A DNA stretch of 64,000 nucleotides from Octopus bimaculoides. Lineage: Eukaryota. The first letter of the stretch is position 1. Each line of letters opens with the position of its first letter. The position numbers were made by a program, and so were the translations under genes. Positions 40,441 to 54,031 of the stretch are shown here, piece after piece. The notes under the pieces were generated by a model. It did not search any database. It was not told where the DNA came from and worked only from the letters and a program-made list of their open reading frames with translations. The stretch is from positions 52,953,901 to 53,017,900 of the forward strand of contig NC_068981.1 of the NCBI RefSeq assembly GCF_001194135.2. The letters run 5' to 3'.

Positions 40441-43284
40441 GGTGTACTGCTTAGAGAAGAGAAGGAAAAAGAATTCTGCAAAGTAGGTGGAGATTCTTTT
40501 GGCAGGGACAAGAAGGATTGGCTGCAGTTTGGGAAGTGGGGATAGCTTGAGTGTCACATGATGCATGAAAACATCCTCTGCTGTCTTGTTTTGGAATGTG
40601 GATGAGTTTTCTCAGATGTTGTAGGCCTTGCCTTTTGCTTGAGCAGTCATGCCTGTTTGAAAATACTTTCTGTAAACATATTCCTTTTCATAAAATATTA
40701 GTTTTTATATAAGCATCTTCCTGCACCATCACTTGTAAAAAAAAAATTGCGACTTTTTTTCCTCTGTGCGTTGGTAAGAAAAATCTAAATTTTTTTTAAT
40801 ATATATTTGCAACATTAAATGTTAAGAATAGTGAATTAATTTCTTTGGGTGAAAAATGGCTACCTTGATATATTTTAGATGTAATATAAGCTTCTAAGCC
40901 CACAGTTCATTGAGCATATCAGTTACTGACTCTGCCTTCTGCAATAGGGCATGTTTATCATTTTAAAACCCTATTTCATAATCTTGACCTTCAGTTTAAA
41001 AATATGAAATCAAAAATGATTGTTTACAAAAGTGTATTTTCTAATTCATAGGAAAGCTGTCTTTATAACATGTACTTAGATTGTATAAAAATTTTGTATA
41101 ATGTAAGCTAAAGAACATTAATTATCTTGTGACAGGCTGAAGCAGTAGTTTATCAAAAATATATGATATTAAGTTTAGATTATTTGTTTGTCTCCCAATT
41201 TACTGGATCATTTAGCTAATACTGAAATCAATGAAAGAGTCACTCTTGGTCACTCACCATGTATTAGGTTATTTGCAAAGTATTTGCAGTCAGAACTGAT
41301 AACTGGACACTGACTTTCTTTTGTTAATGATTGGCACACTAGATCACTACTTTAAATGCATCACCATCCTCTAGTTCAAGTAAAGATGTATTAGAATATC
41401 AGTCCCCCACCCTACACATTTTTGTTTTCTTTTCACTTTTGAAAACCTTGTTGGAAGATTTGAACCCATCATTGCAAGCTATAGATATCATCATCAATTA
41501 TATTTTACTCATGTTGCTTAGAGTGGTAACTGTATATCTCCTAAAGATGTTGAAAAGTATGGTTCACTTATACATATGTATATTGTGCTATGAAGAAAGT
41601 ACCATCAGCACCATAAGCAATAGGAAAATAGAATCATTTAAACAATGAATAAAATGCCTTGTATTTTGTTATGGCCCTTTACATTTAAATTCCACCAAGA
41701 CTGAGTTAACCTTTCATCCTTCTGAGACCTATAAAATGAGTATCAGTCAAACAGTAAAGTTAATATAATCAACTGTTCCTTCCTCCCCAAATTTTCAATC
41801 TTATGTCTATCCTGGAAATCATTGTTTACATAATTGCAACAATTCTCTTTAAATATCAATGTTAATTACAATACTTGTATATGACTGCTGTGAAATTAAT
41901 TCATCAGATAACTGGAATAACTAATATAAACAAAAAAAAACTAATATGAACAAAGTTATCTTAGAGGTTAAAGAAAAAATAGTTAAAATAAAAAGCTTTT
42001 GTTGAAATTCCCTGAATTTAAGTGAGGAATAAATGTGCTCTGTTGATTGGCCAATTGGATCACTCTTTCATCTCAAATGTTCAATGAGGCTATTGCTCAA
42101 AATTGCGTGAAATTAGTAAAAATAAAATAAATAATGTGAAAAGACATCAGTTAAATTGTGCAATTGATTATTTTACTAATATTTTTCAGTTAAAAATTGT
42201 ATGTTTTAGCGTAATTTATAAACTGACTTTTTTTTGTTATAGTTAACAAAAATTTAAGTTGTTGTTACCATCATTCTATTTCCTCTTGACCTTGCATTAT
42301 TCTTGTGTATTAACCAACCACTTACCATAAAGGACTGAGTGCATTTTATTGTGGCACCAGCACTAGTAAAGTTGCCTGAAGTCCTCTCTATTCTATACTA
42401 TATCATTTGCTTGAGGCAACGTGTCTATGAATGATGGATAGAAAAGAGAGAAAGAGAGGGAGAGAGATGACAGCAGGAGAACCAGGATGGGTGGATGAAT
42501 ATAGTAAGATTATGAAGTTATGAAGGTGGTGACAGAATGATTGAGTTAAGAGTATGCTGAAGGGGGAGAAAGAGTGATGGATTGTCATAGAGGTGTACAA
42601 TGCTAAGAATAAGAAAGGGGTGTGAATAACAGCTTGGGGAAAATGGATTGATTGATGGAAGAGTGTTTTATATACAAAATGATCCAGTAGACTTCTTAAT
42701 ACACAGCTACAAGAGAGTTAGGATGATTAATTTGGTGGTAGTGAAGATTGAATATGAAAAGGTCCAGTAACACAGATGGCACGGTACAATAATTAAGAGA
42801 AAGGGTGAGTGCCAAAGAGATGAGAGGGTTAGACAGGCTCTATGTTATCCCTATATGTCTGGCAGCATGGTACAGTAAATGAGAAAGAACTACCTTGGTT
42901 ATACTGACTGCATAGCACTATGAATAGAAGACTGGGTAAGTGTTTGAAGGATGACTGGTAGAGAGATGATTGGGTATCAAAAGGGCAGGAAAGAGGCAGC
43001 AGGTGTTGACTAAGGACATACTGTGCAGGAGGCCTAAAGTAGATATATGTCATACCACCCAATCTCCATCACTACCACCATTTTCAGTGTTTGCTTCAAT
43101 ATGCTCACATGGGTATGTAAGGCTTGTCCAGTACTGTATGTTGCCAATCATTGCAGTCCATTGTCATTTCTTGACAATGAATTTGCTAAATCATTTTATA
43201 GCTAATTTTATGAAAATAATATTCCAAAATGGAATAAAAATATATTAAACTAAAATGCTTATTTTGTTTCTTGTTTCATTGCAG

Positions 43285-43426
43285 ATAATCTTTGCAACGG
43301 CAAATTTCATCAACATTTGCGTGATGTCTTTGCACCACAGGTTGTGAGATATGTTGATTTAATGGAGTCTTCAATTGCACAGTCAATTCATAAAGGTTTT
43401 GAAAAAGAACGCTGGGATGCACAAGG
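43285..43426 (+). CDS. CADPS: CAPS/CADPS next internal exon (MHD1/MUN region)
   Basis: Acceptor tttcattgcag, donor gtaaga; 142 nt, phase 1 to 2, in frame with the previous exon (G+AT=D). Translates (D)[46 protein letters not shown](G), matching [47 protein letters not shown]. Confidence 0.96.
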
Positions 43427-43965
43427 GTAAGATTACATTTGGTTTAAAAGATAAAAATATTTTTTCACATATATTGATTTTATTTTAATATCTATTTCTG
43501 ATTTTCAAATAATTGGGTTAAAAATTGGAATGAGAAACAGAAAAATCATAGAAATTCAGAAGTTTACTTATAGTTAATTCATAACATTTAAGTAGTTGTT
43601 GCATATGTGATTAAATATATGCAAGGATAAATGCATGTGTGTATGTATAAGAGAGCGAATGGTGTAAACGAAAGTGAGTGATAAACTATTTGATTGTTTA
43701 GGAGTAAAGCAGTTGCCTATTGAGTTCTAGTCAAGATTGAATCAGTAAAGACATAAATCTTTAAGCTATTTTTTTTTCTTTGATAAATGATTTGATGCCA
43801 TACGAAACAAAAAGTGGGGAAAGAATTTAATAAAATTGAATTTTTTACAACAACAACAAAAAAAAAAGACAGTTTGAATAATCTGTTAAAATATTTTCAA
43901 ACTGAAATAATACATATTTATTTTGACTTTATTGAGAAGAAAATGAAATCATTGTTAGTGTTTAA

Positions 43966-44186
43966 CCCTTTAGCATTTAAACCAGTCATATCCAGCCAAA
44001 AATTTTCTTACCTGTTCTATGTTCAAACTGGCCTGATCTGGCCTCTCACACCTACTTAAAAATGTCATTGAAAAATAAACAATCACATCATTGAAATCTC
44101 AAAGCTATGAGATAATGTATGATTAATTCAAATCAATGTGATTGAATATGTATTACATTTGATAGAGTAATCTAAATGCTAAAGGG
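43966..44186. mobile_element. piggyBac-type MITE
   Basis: TTAA TSDs (43962-65, 44187-90); TIR ccctttagcattta / taaatgctaaaggg. Confidence 0.85.
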
Positions 44187-45141
44187 TTAATGAATTCCTT
44201 TGCCTATTTTAAAAATTCATGAATTATATATAACAGTATTCAGTTTAGTTTTTTAATTATATTTTTTATATCCTAAAGTATTTTAACTGAAAGAATAATA
44301 TTCAATTATCAAAATTGATATAAAGAAATCAGTTAAATGCATAGGCAAACAAAATTGAATAGAACTGAATATCTATACTGTATTACACAATATATTTATA
44401 TATTTTAGCAAACATTGTAGGCCTAGAAAAATATAAACATCTTGTCTTTATATACAGTATCTTTGGGGATTAAAACAGATAGATCAGTTGGACAATTTTC
44501 AATCCCCTGTTGGAAATTCATCAATGACTCAACATGTTCTTTAACTGTCAACAGAGACACTGCTTGTAAACAAATTATTTTTAAGGACTTAAGTTATACT
44601 TAGCCAACACAATGTATACAGAGAGGTGCAAACACTTTGTCATTTTATACAATATCTTCATGAACAGGAAAAGATGGATTAGTCAGACTAGTTTCAATCT
44701 GTGTTGGGGTTTCTTCAGTGGCCAAGTACTGTCTTTAACTGACTACAGAGCTACTGCTTATTAGCCCAGTATTTTCAAGGGTTTATGTAAACTGGATAGA
44801 CCAATTTGCATATATAATTCATTCTTGACAGTTGGCTGTATTAATGAATTACTAGTGTGTTAACAGTGTTTTGTTTCAATGTTACATTGTACTATAGAAT
44901 ATTCCTAGAAAGTTTTAATTAACTCTGTATATCGATTATAACATTCTGTCTCCATTGGAGAGTTTGCCTCATAATGCTGGAAATAAGTTTCCATAGGATG
45001 TGTCCCATCCCAGCCAACCACGTATCCTTATCTTGATTTGGATTTTGATAAGTTGCTTGTTCACTTATTCCCACATCTAACCCAAAGGATATTTTGGAGA
45101 CATCTATTCATGAACATTTGGAGCTTGTCAATTGAAAACTT

Positions 45142-45220
<79 letters not shown>

Positions 45221-46867
45221 AAAACCAATCAGTAAGATCGGCCATAATGGATATATGATACTGTACACTTCAGTTAGTATATGTATATATATATGTATAC
45301 ACACACACACACACACACACATATAAGTATATCTGTATGTAAACATGTTTTTTATGTTTATTATGTATGTTTGTATGTGTGCGTGTGTGTGTGTGTGTAA
45401 AGCTTCATTGCATGGTTCAACATGGTTTCTAGGGTTGGAGGCTCCTCCTAACCGCCATCCACTTCACAGTGTTTACCGGGTGCTCTTTATGTGGCCCCAC
45501 TGGTGAGGTCACCAAGTAACTCACAAGAAAAGACCCTTCAACTGAGGGATGGAAAATAGTACTGAGAGAGGTGGCTTTGTGCCAGTTGATATGAGTTTAA
45601 AGTATGATAGGAGGGTAGGCACAGGTGTGTTGCTGTAGGGAAGACACAAGTTACCACACTGTGTGGCTGAACCTAAACTATGTGGTTGGGAAGCAAACTT
45701 CTCAACCACAAGGCTACACCAGCTCCTATCCACACCAATGCAAATGTAGTAGTAGTGTATTACGAAACTACCATATATTGTGTAAAATATTAGCTGGATC
45801 TGAGCTGTTTATTTCAATTAAATGTAAACAATTTTGCATAAACTAATAAATATACTAATATTGATTCAATATTAGTATATATATGCAAGCTTGCATTTTA
45901 CTTACACTTCATAAAAAATGTACCCCCTATGCAAATGTTTACATTACTATTTCAAATTAAGTAAAGACAGCATATTAAAAATTAAGATTTTTTATGTAAT
46001 GTAAATGTCATAATTTAGTATTCTTTGTAATTTCTTGTGTTCAAAATATTATGATATTTTCAAGCTACTTTTTAATCAGCTTGTCTTCTGCTTGTATTAC
46101 ATATTTCCAATACTGAGTCTAAAAATAAGTTCAATAAAATCCTATTTGTATAACATCAGTAAATACATTTTATTGGTTTTTAATCTTCAGTAAAGTTAAG
46201 CTAACTGAACAAACACTATAAGTTTTAATGGTGAACTAAATTAATTTATTTACACTATAATATACAATTTGTATCAGATACCTGGTTCAATTCATTAATT
46301 GAACTTACAACCAAATACATGTCCTAATAATGCATACAAATGTATTGAATTGCAGAAATCATACAAATGTAAACTATTTTAAGACTTAATTATCTTTATT
46401 AAAAAACTTGGAAATATTTTCATCATTGTCATATGATATGTAATTATCAAAAACCATGAATGTTATATAAGATAATATTGGACTATATTAGGGATCCATA
46501 ATTACTTAAAAGTATAATTTTTCTTTATATGTTGAAAACTAAAAGCTGGTCAAAGTTTCCTGCTAACTACTCTTATAGAATTGCACAAGATTACTTAGCA
46601 GTAAGAGCACCCAGTTTTGAAAGGGTAATGATATTTTGTGGTACTGATATCTGTTTGAGCATGCTGAATAATTACTCAGCATGTCATATCTCTATTTTGA
46701 TGAAATTTCAATATGTTCAATATTCTATAACTGAATTTTTAACTGAAAATTATAAAATTGAAAAGAATCAAAGAATTGATGGGCATTTTTGATAGGCCCT
46801 AGAAATGCCTATCAACACATACATATTATTTGTTTGTGTATACCTATATACATATTCATCCATATAT

Positions 46868-47225
46868 GTAATGTAGTAGTTGTGACTGATGCCGGTGCTG
46901 TCTGACTGGCGCGTAAAAAGCACCATTCGAGTGTGACCAATGCCAGTGCCACCTGCCTGGCACCCATGCTGGTGGCACATAGAAAACACCATTTGAGTAT
47001 GATCGATGCCAGTGCTGCCTGACTGGCTCCTGTGCTGGTGACATATAAAAAACACCCACTACACTCTTGGAGTGGTTGGCATTGGGAAGGGCATCCAGCT
47101 GTAGAAACCTTGCCAAATCAGATTGGAGCCTGGTGCAGCCTCCCAACTTGCCAGTCTTCAGTCAAACCGTCCAACCCATGCCAGCATGGAAAGTGAACGT
47201 TAAATGACGATGATGATGATGATAA
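46868..47225 (+). mobile_element. RTE 3-prime UTR/tail copy
   Basis: cacccactacactcttggagtggttggc..ggaagggcatccagctgtagaaac...gatgatgat; similar tails in both orientations at about 5030-5230, 12340-12450, 28970-29110, 32520-32620, 39520-39620, 49060-49230, 54360-54490 and 57570-57720. Confidence 0.8.
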
Positions 47226-47677
47226 TGATATGTTCTTAATAAATACAATCAAATCTGAACCTTTGCACCCTTGCAGCTCTGACTTTTCCATTATTATTAT
47301 ATACATCACAGCAAGAACTAAAGTATTGTTGTTTTAGAGGTTTAATTCATTCAACATTGCTCATTTGACAGAGTGATGTAAAATGATATTTTTAGGTTCT
47401 ACCATTGAGAGCTGAGTAACATATAGGACTCTACCCCATTGATGGTTGGGGTGGATGGTTTGTCTTTGATAGATGAACAGCTTAGTGAGATTGCTACGAT
47501 AATCATTATCAATATCTTAGTATTGCTAGTGCTGTTAAGCAGAAGGTTGTTACATATTTTGAGCTGAAAGATCTTCAGAAGTAATTAGTTTTCATGGGTA
47601 TATTTTGACACTATATCTTGTTTTCTAGCTTACCATTCATTTAGTAATTTTACTTTATATAATCATGTAGTTTAGGA

Positions 47678-48640
47678 GGCATAACTACAGGGTTTTACCC
47701 CCCAGATTTTGGGAGGTCATAACTTTCAGAAAAATGAATATTTTTTAATGAAATTTTCTATGCATATAGTATGTAGAATCCGAATATACAAAAATTTTAC
47801 TATGTAGAATCCGAATATACAAAAATTTCCGGTGAAAGTGTTTTGGAATGGGGGTGGGGGACAATTTTCGGAAATTCCAACAGAGTCCACTTAAATTCTT
47901 CTTAACTTCCAGGAAAATTAATATTTTTTCGTGAAATTTTCTACAAATATACCTTGATGTATGTACATTTCGAGCAAGTAGGAATTTTGAAGGAAACAAC
48001 TGCAGGTTATTTTTGAGAAGCGTTCCCCACTCGGTGGTGTTTCGGAGCAAGTNNNNNNNNNNNNNNNNNNNNNNNNNNNNNNNNNNNNNNNNNNNNNNNN
48101 NNNNNNNNNNNNNNNNNNNNNNNNNNNNNNNNNNNNNNNNNNNNNNNNNNNNNNNNNNNNNNNNNNNNNNNNNNNNNNNNNNNNNNNNNNNNNNNNNNNN
48201 NNNNNNNNNNNNNNNNNNNNNNNNNNNNNNNNNNNNNNNNNNNNNNNNNNNNNNNNNNNNNNNNNNNNNNNNNNNNNNNNNNNNNNNNNNNNNNNNNNGA
48301 AACACCACCGAGTGGGGAACGCTTCTCAAAAATAACCTGCAGTTGTTTCCTTCAAAATTCCTACATGCTCGAAATGTACATACATCAAGGTATATTTGTA
48401 GAAAATTTCACGAAAAAATATTAATTTTCCTGGAAGTTAAGAAGAATTTAAGTGGACTCTGTTGGAATTTCCGAAAATTGTCCCCCACCCCCATTCCAAA
48501 ACACTTTCACCGGAAAGTTTTGTATATTCGGATTCTACATAGTAAATACTATATGCATAGAAAATTTCATTAAAAAATATTCATTTTTCTGAAAGTTATG
48601 ACCTTCCAAAGTCTGGGGGGTAAAACCCTGTAGTTATGCC
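47678..48640. mobile_element. Foldback/long-TIR non-autonomous DNA transposon with 8-bp TSD
   Basis: Left arm 47678-48052 and right arm 48299-48640 are near-identical reverse complements around an N gap. Termini GGCATAACTACAGGG; TSD GTTTAGGA at 47670-77 and 48641-48. Confidence 0.85.
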
Positions 48641-49229
48641 GTTTAGGATTCATTCCCACTACAAGCACTACAGACTGATGCTTCCTACGATGGCCTTGGC
48701 TTCATCAATGCCTTTGGAGTGGAATCAGTAGGCTGAAACTAAGAAGCCCATCATATGGGCATGTGTGTATTGCCATACCTCACCTTTAACACTGTCCAAT
48801 CTTCTGTATCACTTCTCTTATATTCACTTTCCTCAATACTCTCTGCCTCATTTTCACCACCATCTCTTCTCTCTTTCCAACTGGAGTAACCATGTATCTT
48901 CTCTAAAGCAAGACACCCATACCTGTCTCTTATACTTAACTTCCCATCATCTGACACAAAGCCCCCTCAGTTGAAGTATACCCCCTCAGTTGAAGGGAGT
49001 ACTACTGAAGTTACTTGATGACTTCACTGGTACTGGTATCATGTAAAAAAAAAAAAAAAGCATACTCTGTAAAGTGGCTGACATTAGGAAGGGCATGCAA
49101 CCATAGAAACCATACCAAAGCAAACATTGGAGCTTGGTGCAGTCCTCTGGCTCACTAGCTTCTATCAAATCATCCAACAATCACCAGCATAAAAAACAAA
49201 CATTAAATAGCAATGATGATTGTAATGAT

Positions 49230-49900
49230 GATGATCACCCGGGCAACACCATGAGTAATGATGCGTCTTTTCATGTGAATATTACTAAAACTGCAATGAA
49301 ATGTGGGCAGCTGGTTAGATGGATACTATGAAATTTTAGAACAAGAGGTCAGGAAACCATGATAATCATCTACAAGACATTTGACCTCAACTGTTTAAAT
49401 TATGGTCACTACATAGTGTAAAATTAATGGCAAAAATTGAAGCAGTCCAATGCTGGTACATGAAGTAGATTGCCTCAGTGCAACAGATCAGCTGCTGGAA
49501 AAGACTGAAAAAGTTAAGACTCTACTCCCGAGAATGAAGACAGGAAAGATATGTTGTGATATACGTCCAGAAGATTCTGGAAGGACTTACATCAAATTTT
49601 GGAACTGAAAACTATACTGATCCCTAAAGAGGGTACAGCTCTCAAGAATGCCAAAGATCCCACCCTTGCCATCCAGATTTAAGATTAGATACTGTAATAA
49701 CTTAGGGCTCAAAGGGTCATGACTTTTCAATATCCTACAGAAATGCTTGAGAGACCAACATAGTGTCGATGTAGATGTTTTCAAAATACAACTGGTTATT
49801 CTACTATCTAGAATTCTAGACGAGTTTATTTCAAGGAAAGAAACACAACTGAGGGCAGTAATTTTGAGCTCTCTCATTCACCAAATGCCAACTAAAGGCA
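49230..49900 (+). mobile_element. CR1/L2-type LINE 3-prime fragment (same family as 31140-31905)
   Basis: FRTRGQETM...CWKRLKKLRLYS...RYVVIYVQKILEGL...LFNIL.KCLRD...FKIQL..LLSRI.D. Confidence 0.75.
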
Positions 49901-50008
49901 AATCAATAAAAGTGAAGCAACATCAATGGGTGTATCCCAGCATGGCTACAGCTCATTGGCTGAAAAACATTAAAAAAAATATTAAAATATGTGTGTGTGT
50001 GTATAGAA

Positions 50009-50083
<75 letters not shown>

Positions 50084-50566
50084 CACTCTATATTTATCTG
50101 TATTATCCATCTGGACTTTGGCTCTATAAACAACACCTTTGGTCAAACAATTCTCTCCTAAAGGACAGCAACTTTGGTTTTTGAAATTACATTTTCGGAT
50201 GTTTTCTTCAGTAGTACTGTTTGTTTGTTTAAAATTTTTGCATTGTGTTGGTTTACATGAGAGGCGAAATTCTTGCAACAAGAATAGCTGACCTTAAGTG
50301 TTCTCCTCTTGAAGATTCTATGGTATTTATGGCTGGCTAGGGAGTGCTTTCATACTAAGTTCAAAAATTCCTTACCTATATTAGTCTTAGTGGTAGTGCT
50401 GAAGGTTGGGTTGAACCACAAAACCCTTCTAGATCTAGTCCTATGTGCTCTATTTTGGCTCCCTTCACTACAAATGTATTGGATCTCCTCCAAGAATCCA
50501 CTTCTATGTAGAGCATCATTATAGTATGGAGTGGCATTTCAGAAGGCTACTTCATCCAAAGATAAC
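50084..50566 (-). mobile_element. Second, different Penelope-like element fragment (RT thumb-linker to start of GIY-YIG; Naiad-like)
   Basis: Minus-strand translation ATPYYNDALHRSGF...RRVLWFNPTFS..KTNIGKEFL.LV*KH...KVSYSC..N...NQHNAKIL, then (shifted) CNFKNQSCCPLGENCLTKGVVYRAKV. Clade name recalled, not searched. Confidence 0.8.
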
Positions 50567-50754
50567 AATGAAATCTGTTTCCCTATATTACTAACTATAT
50601 TCTTAAGTATGATGGGTGGGTGATTGGACTCTTTGTCAATATAGTATAGCCTTTCATTGGGCTTACAAAAGGGCTTAAATCTATTGGATTCTAAATCTAA
50701 ATTGATATCTAGGAAGTTAACATTTTTAAGGTTAGTATCTGCAGAAATGTATTA

Positions 50755-50875
50755 TTCTTATACAAGAATGCTGTTGATAGTGATTTCAAAGTTTTGGCCA
50801 GCTAAGCCATCATCTGACAATGGCTTAGCTGGCTGAAATTTCGAAATCACTGTCAACAACATTCTTGCATAAGAA
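50755..50875. repeat. Inverted repeat, 56-bp arms, 9-nt loop
   Basis: 50755-50810 vs 50820-50875, 49/56 complementary; all 7 differences are transitions. Confidence 0.9.
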
Positions 50876-50958
50876 GAATAAATTTGTATTCTACAAAAGT
50901 GTAGAGTAACCCATCAGAATTAATGTAAAATTGTTTTTATTATAACTGAACATAAAAA

Positions 50959-51001
<43 letters not shown>

Positions 51002-51967
51002 TGCATGAATCTCTCACATTATGGTTACCTCAGGTTACAGGATTTCATACATATGAAAATTGTAAAGTATGACCACTAATTTCAGGATATGGTCTGTTTA
51101 CTCCTCTTTATGGGAAACTTGGTTAAATTGTGAGAATTTAAAAAAAACTGCACTTTCTTCTAAGTCAAAAGGCTGCTTCTTGGTGTTTTAGCTAAGAGCA
51201 AATTAGTTTTGTGCACACATGCTTGTGCATGTGTGTGCACATATACATGTGCATGTGTGTGCATATATGTATGTGCATGTGTGCACACATGCATGTGCAT
51301 GTGTGTAAATGTGTATGCAAGTGTTGCATATGTATCATTATAAATATTTATGGAACATGAAGTATAAATATTTATGGAACATGATTTTTCCACTGAATAT
51401 TTTTGCATACTTTTTTGAGTTACAGTATGTCAGTTTTTTTGTCTGTTTGTTTGTCTGTATGAATGTATCTATCTATTTATCTATCCATCCATCAATCCCT
51501 CCATCCATCTATCTCTCTATCCATCTATCTATCTATCTATATCAATCTTCACCACCAATATTTATCAACACCAATACATCCAGCACCAAAACTAATATAA
51601 CTACTACCATTACCACTACCATCCCCTGAAAGCCAACAACAATAGTATGAAGAAGATTAGGAACTCCTAAAATATAATATCACATGGGGAAATGTAGTGA
51701 ATTTTAAGATTTGAATGAAATATCTTTTATCTTAGGTGAATAAGGTTTGATTTGAGACTAAACAGAAACAATACAATCAATAAATACATGATGATTGCAC
51801 CACCAAAAATACCCCCAACTTCATCATCACCACCACCAAAACCAATACAACTGACACCACCATCACAGCCAAACCATCATCACAGCCAAACCACCATCTT
51901 TTGGAAAAAAAACTTACTGGCAGCAACAAGAATAGTATCAGCATGATAGCATTGTGTGTGTGTGTGC

Positions 51968-52027
<60 letters not shown>

Positions 52028-52261
52028 AATAGAGTTTTTATGGTTCAAATTAGAGTGCAAAAAGTAAGGCTTCCATGAACCTGATAACACTTCAAATTAT
52101 TACTCCTTCACCCTTACATTTTCAAATTTCCATTCTTACATCCACAGGCTTAAAACAATTTTTTACTCTTAGTGAACTGTTCTTTCCTGGTGCTATTATT
52201 TTACAGTATAGTTGTTATGGATGATTGTTGATTGCTTTTGTTATTAGGTTTCCCTATAATT

Positions 52262-53400
52262 CAAAATGTCTGAAAAAAATACCATCAAGTGGAACTGAAA
52301 GCAGTAGTGGGGATTACACTGGATATTAAACTTGATGTTTTAAAGCAGTTTGATGTAGGAGGAAATAAATCAATTACATTGCCAAAATATTAAAGCATGC
52401 TATGTCAACAATGGGCAGAATATGTGGTAGTAGAGAAAAAGTTAAGTACTCAAAGCTACTCTGTTAACTACTCAGATTATTTTTTTTTCATAGATCTAAT
52501 CTGATGCTAAAAATAGCATGACTTTTGCATGTGTGGGCCTTGGATCATATTTGATGTAATGTGCTGATAAGAAACAAAAAAACAAGTTTGTAAGATGATT
52601 TGTTGAAAAAAATGGAGATGAAACTTCTAATCGAAAACCTTCTCTAGTAAAGGCTGATTTGAAAAGTTTGAGAAGGGCTCGAATTTGCACAACATAAAAA
52701 TGACTGGTGAAGCTGCCAGTGCTGATTCAAAGGCAGCTACTAATTATCCTGAGCAGAAGAGGAAATGATTGTGAAAAGGAGCTACGTATCAAAGGAAGTA
52801 TACAATGTCAATAAACCGGAACTTTTCTGGAATCTCATGCCAACTGGAACTTTATTTCTTGAGGGAGGAAATATATCACTTGGGATATGAAATAATAACC
52901 ATGATCCATGAACCACTCCCAAAATCCAAGGGCTTTCAAGACTTACACAAAGTTTAATTTACATCTGATTTGGCATTCAAATAAGACAGTATAGGTGACT
53001 CAGGGAGTTTTACAAATAATTTTGCACTGCTACAGTCAGACATAATATTTCAAATAAAGCATTGCTTCTTTTAGAGAAAGTATCAAATGTGAGAATAGAC
53101 TATATCCCCAAGAATATGACTTTGCTCCAGCCAGTGGATCAAGTTGTGATATTGTAATTAAAACATATCTAAGAACTTTCAAACCTCTTAAGAAAACAAA
53201 TGATAGGGAGGATAAACCTGAAGAGACTTCTGGAAGAAGTAACATAATGAATACTGTAAGTAACATGGGTGTGAAAACCCTCAATTTGAATAGTACTTGG
53301 TAAGATATACCATTTAACTGTATATGGGACTTCACAAGTTTTCTACAAGCAGAAAGTCTGCATTAAATTTGGAAAGAAATTGCAAAACTTGCAAATGATG
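52262..53400 (+). mobile_element. Degenerate Tigger/pogo transposase remnant
   Basis: Frameshifted motifs ITLDIKLDVL, LHNIKMTGEAASAD, YNVNKPELFWNLMP, NPRAFK, LLQPVDQ, typical of Tigger1-like proteins. Many stops; ends not defined. Confidence 0.8.
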
Positions 53401-53956
53401 TAAGGTTTGAAGAAGTCATACAGGATGATGTAGTTGAGTTACTAGTCCCATAGAAAAAGGTTTTTATCTAATCTGAGGCTTATGCTGTTAGAACAAGAGT
53501 AGATGCAAATACTCCATTTAAATTAACTGCAAAGAATTTTCCTAAAGGACTGATGCTCATAGAGGAAGGCCTGCAAATTTTTGCTAGTAATGATTTTAAG
53601 TGTGAATTTAACATAAAAATTACAAGAGGAGTTTACAATTAGCTTACTTTCTTCAATGAGTTGTACAAAGTGATGATGTATCATAATAATCACATGGATA
53701 GATATTGACGATGATAAATTATATAAGATAGAAGATAATATCCTCTGTTATCCCAGTAAATCCTGTTCCACCATTACCTCTCAGACAATAGACAACATCA
53801 TTTGTGGTAAGAACAGATCCTATTAATATATTCTATTTTTTTTCTATTCTTTAAGATATTTCTCTTCTAACATTTTTACGAGACTGTGTAGATTTAGAAA
53901 TTATTCTCATGCATAAAAGTTGCTTATTTTTCATCATTGTTGTTAGATTGATAGAT

Positions 53957-54031
53957 TTATATAATCTTGTTAATTCACCTCTTCAATATTCTTGCTGAAC
54001 ACTGAGGAAGTGAATTAACAAGGTTATATAA
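53957..54031. repeat. Pre-miRNA-sized hairpin, 29-bp stem, 17-nt loop
   Basis: 53957-53985 vs 54003-54031, 26/29 complementary. Confidence 0.8.

Noticed and set aside
50300-50550. In-frame TGA codons in the Naiad-like fragment as selenocysteine
   Set aside because: They fall at non-Cys positions (F*NA, LV*KH) in a decayed, frameshifted copy; ordinary nonsense mutation is more likely.
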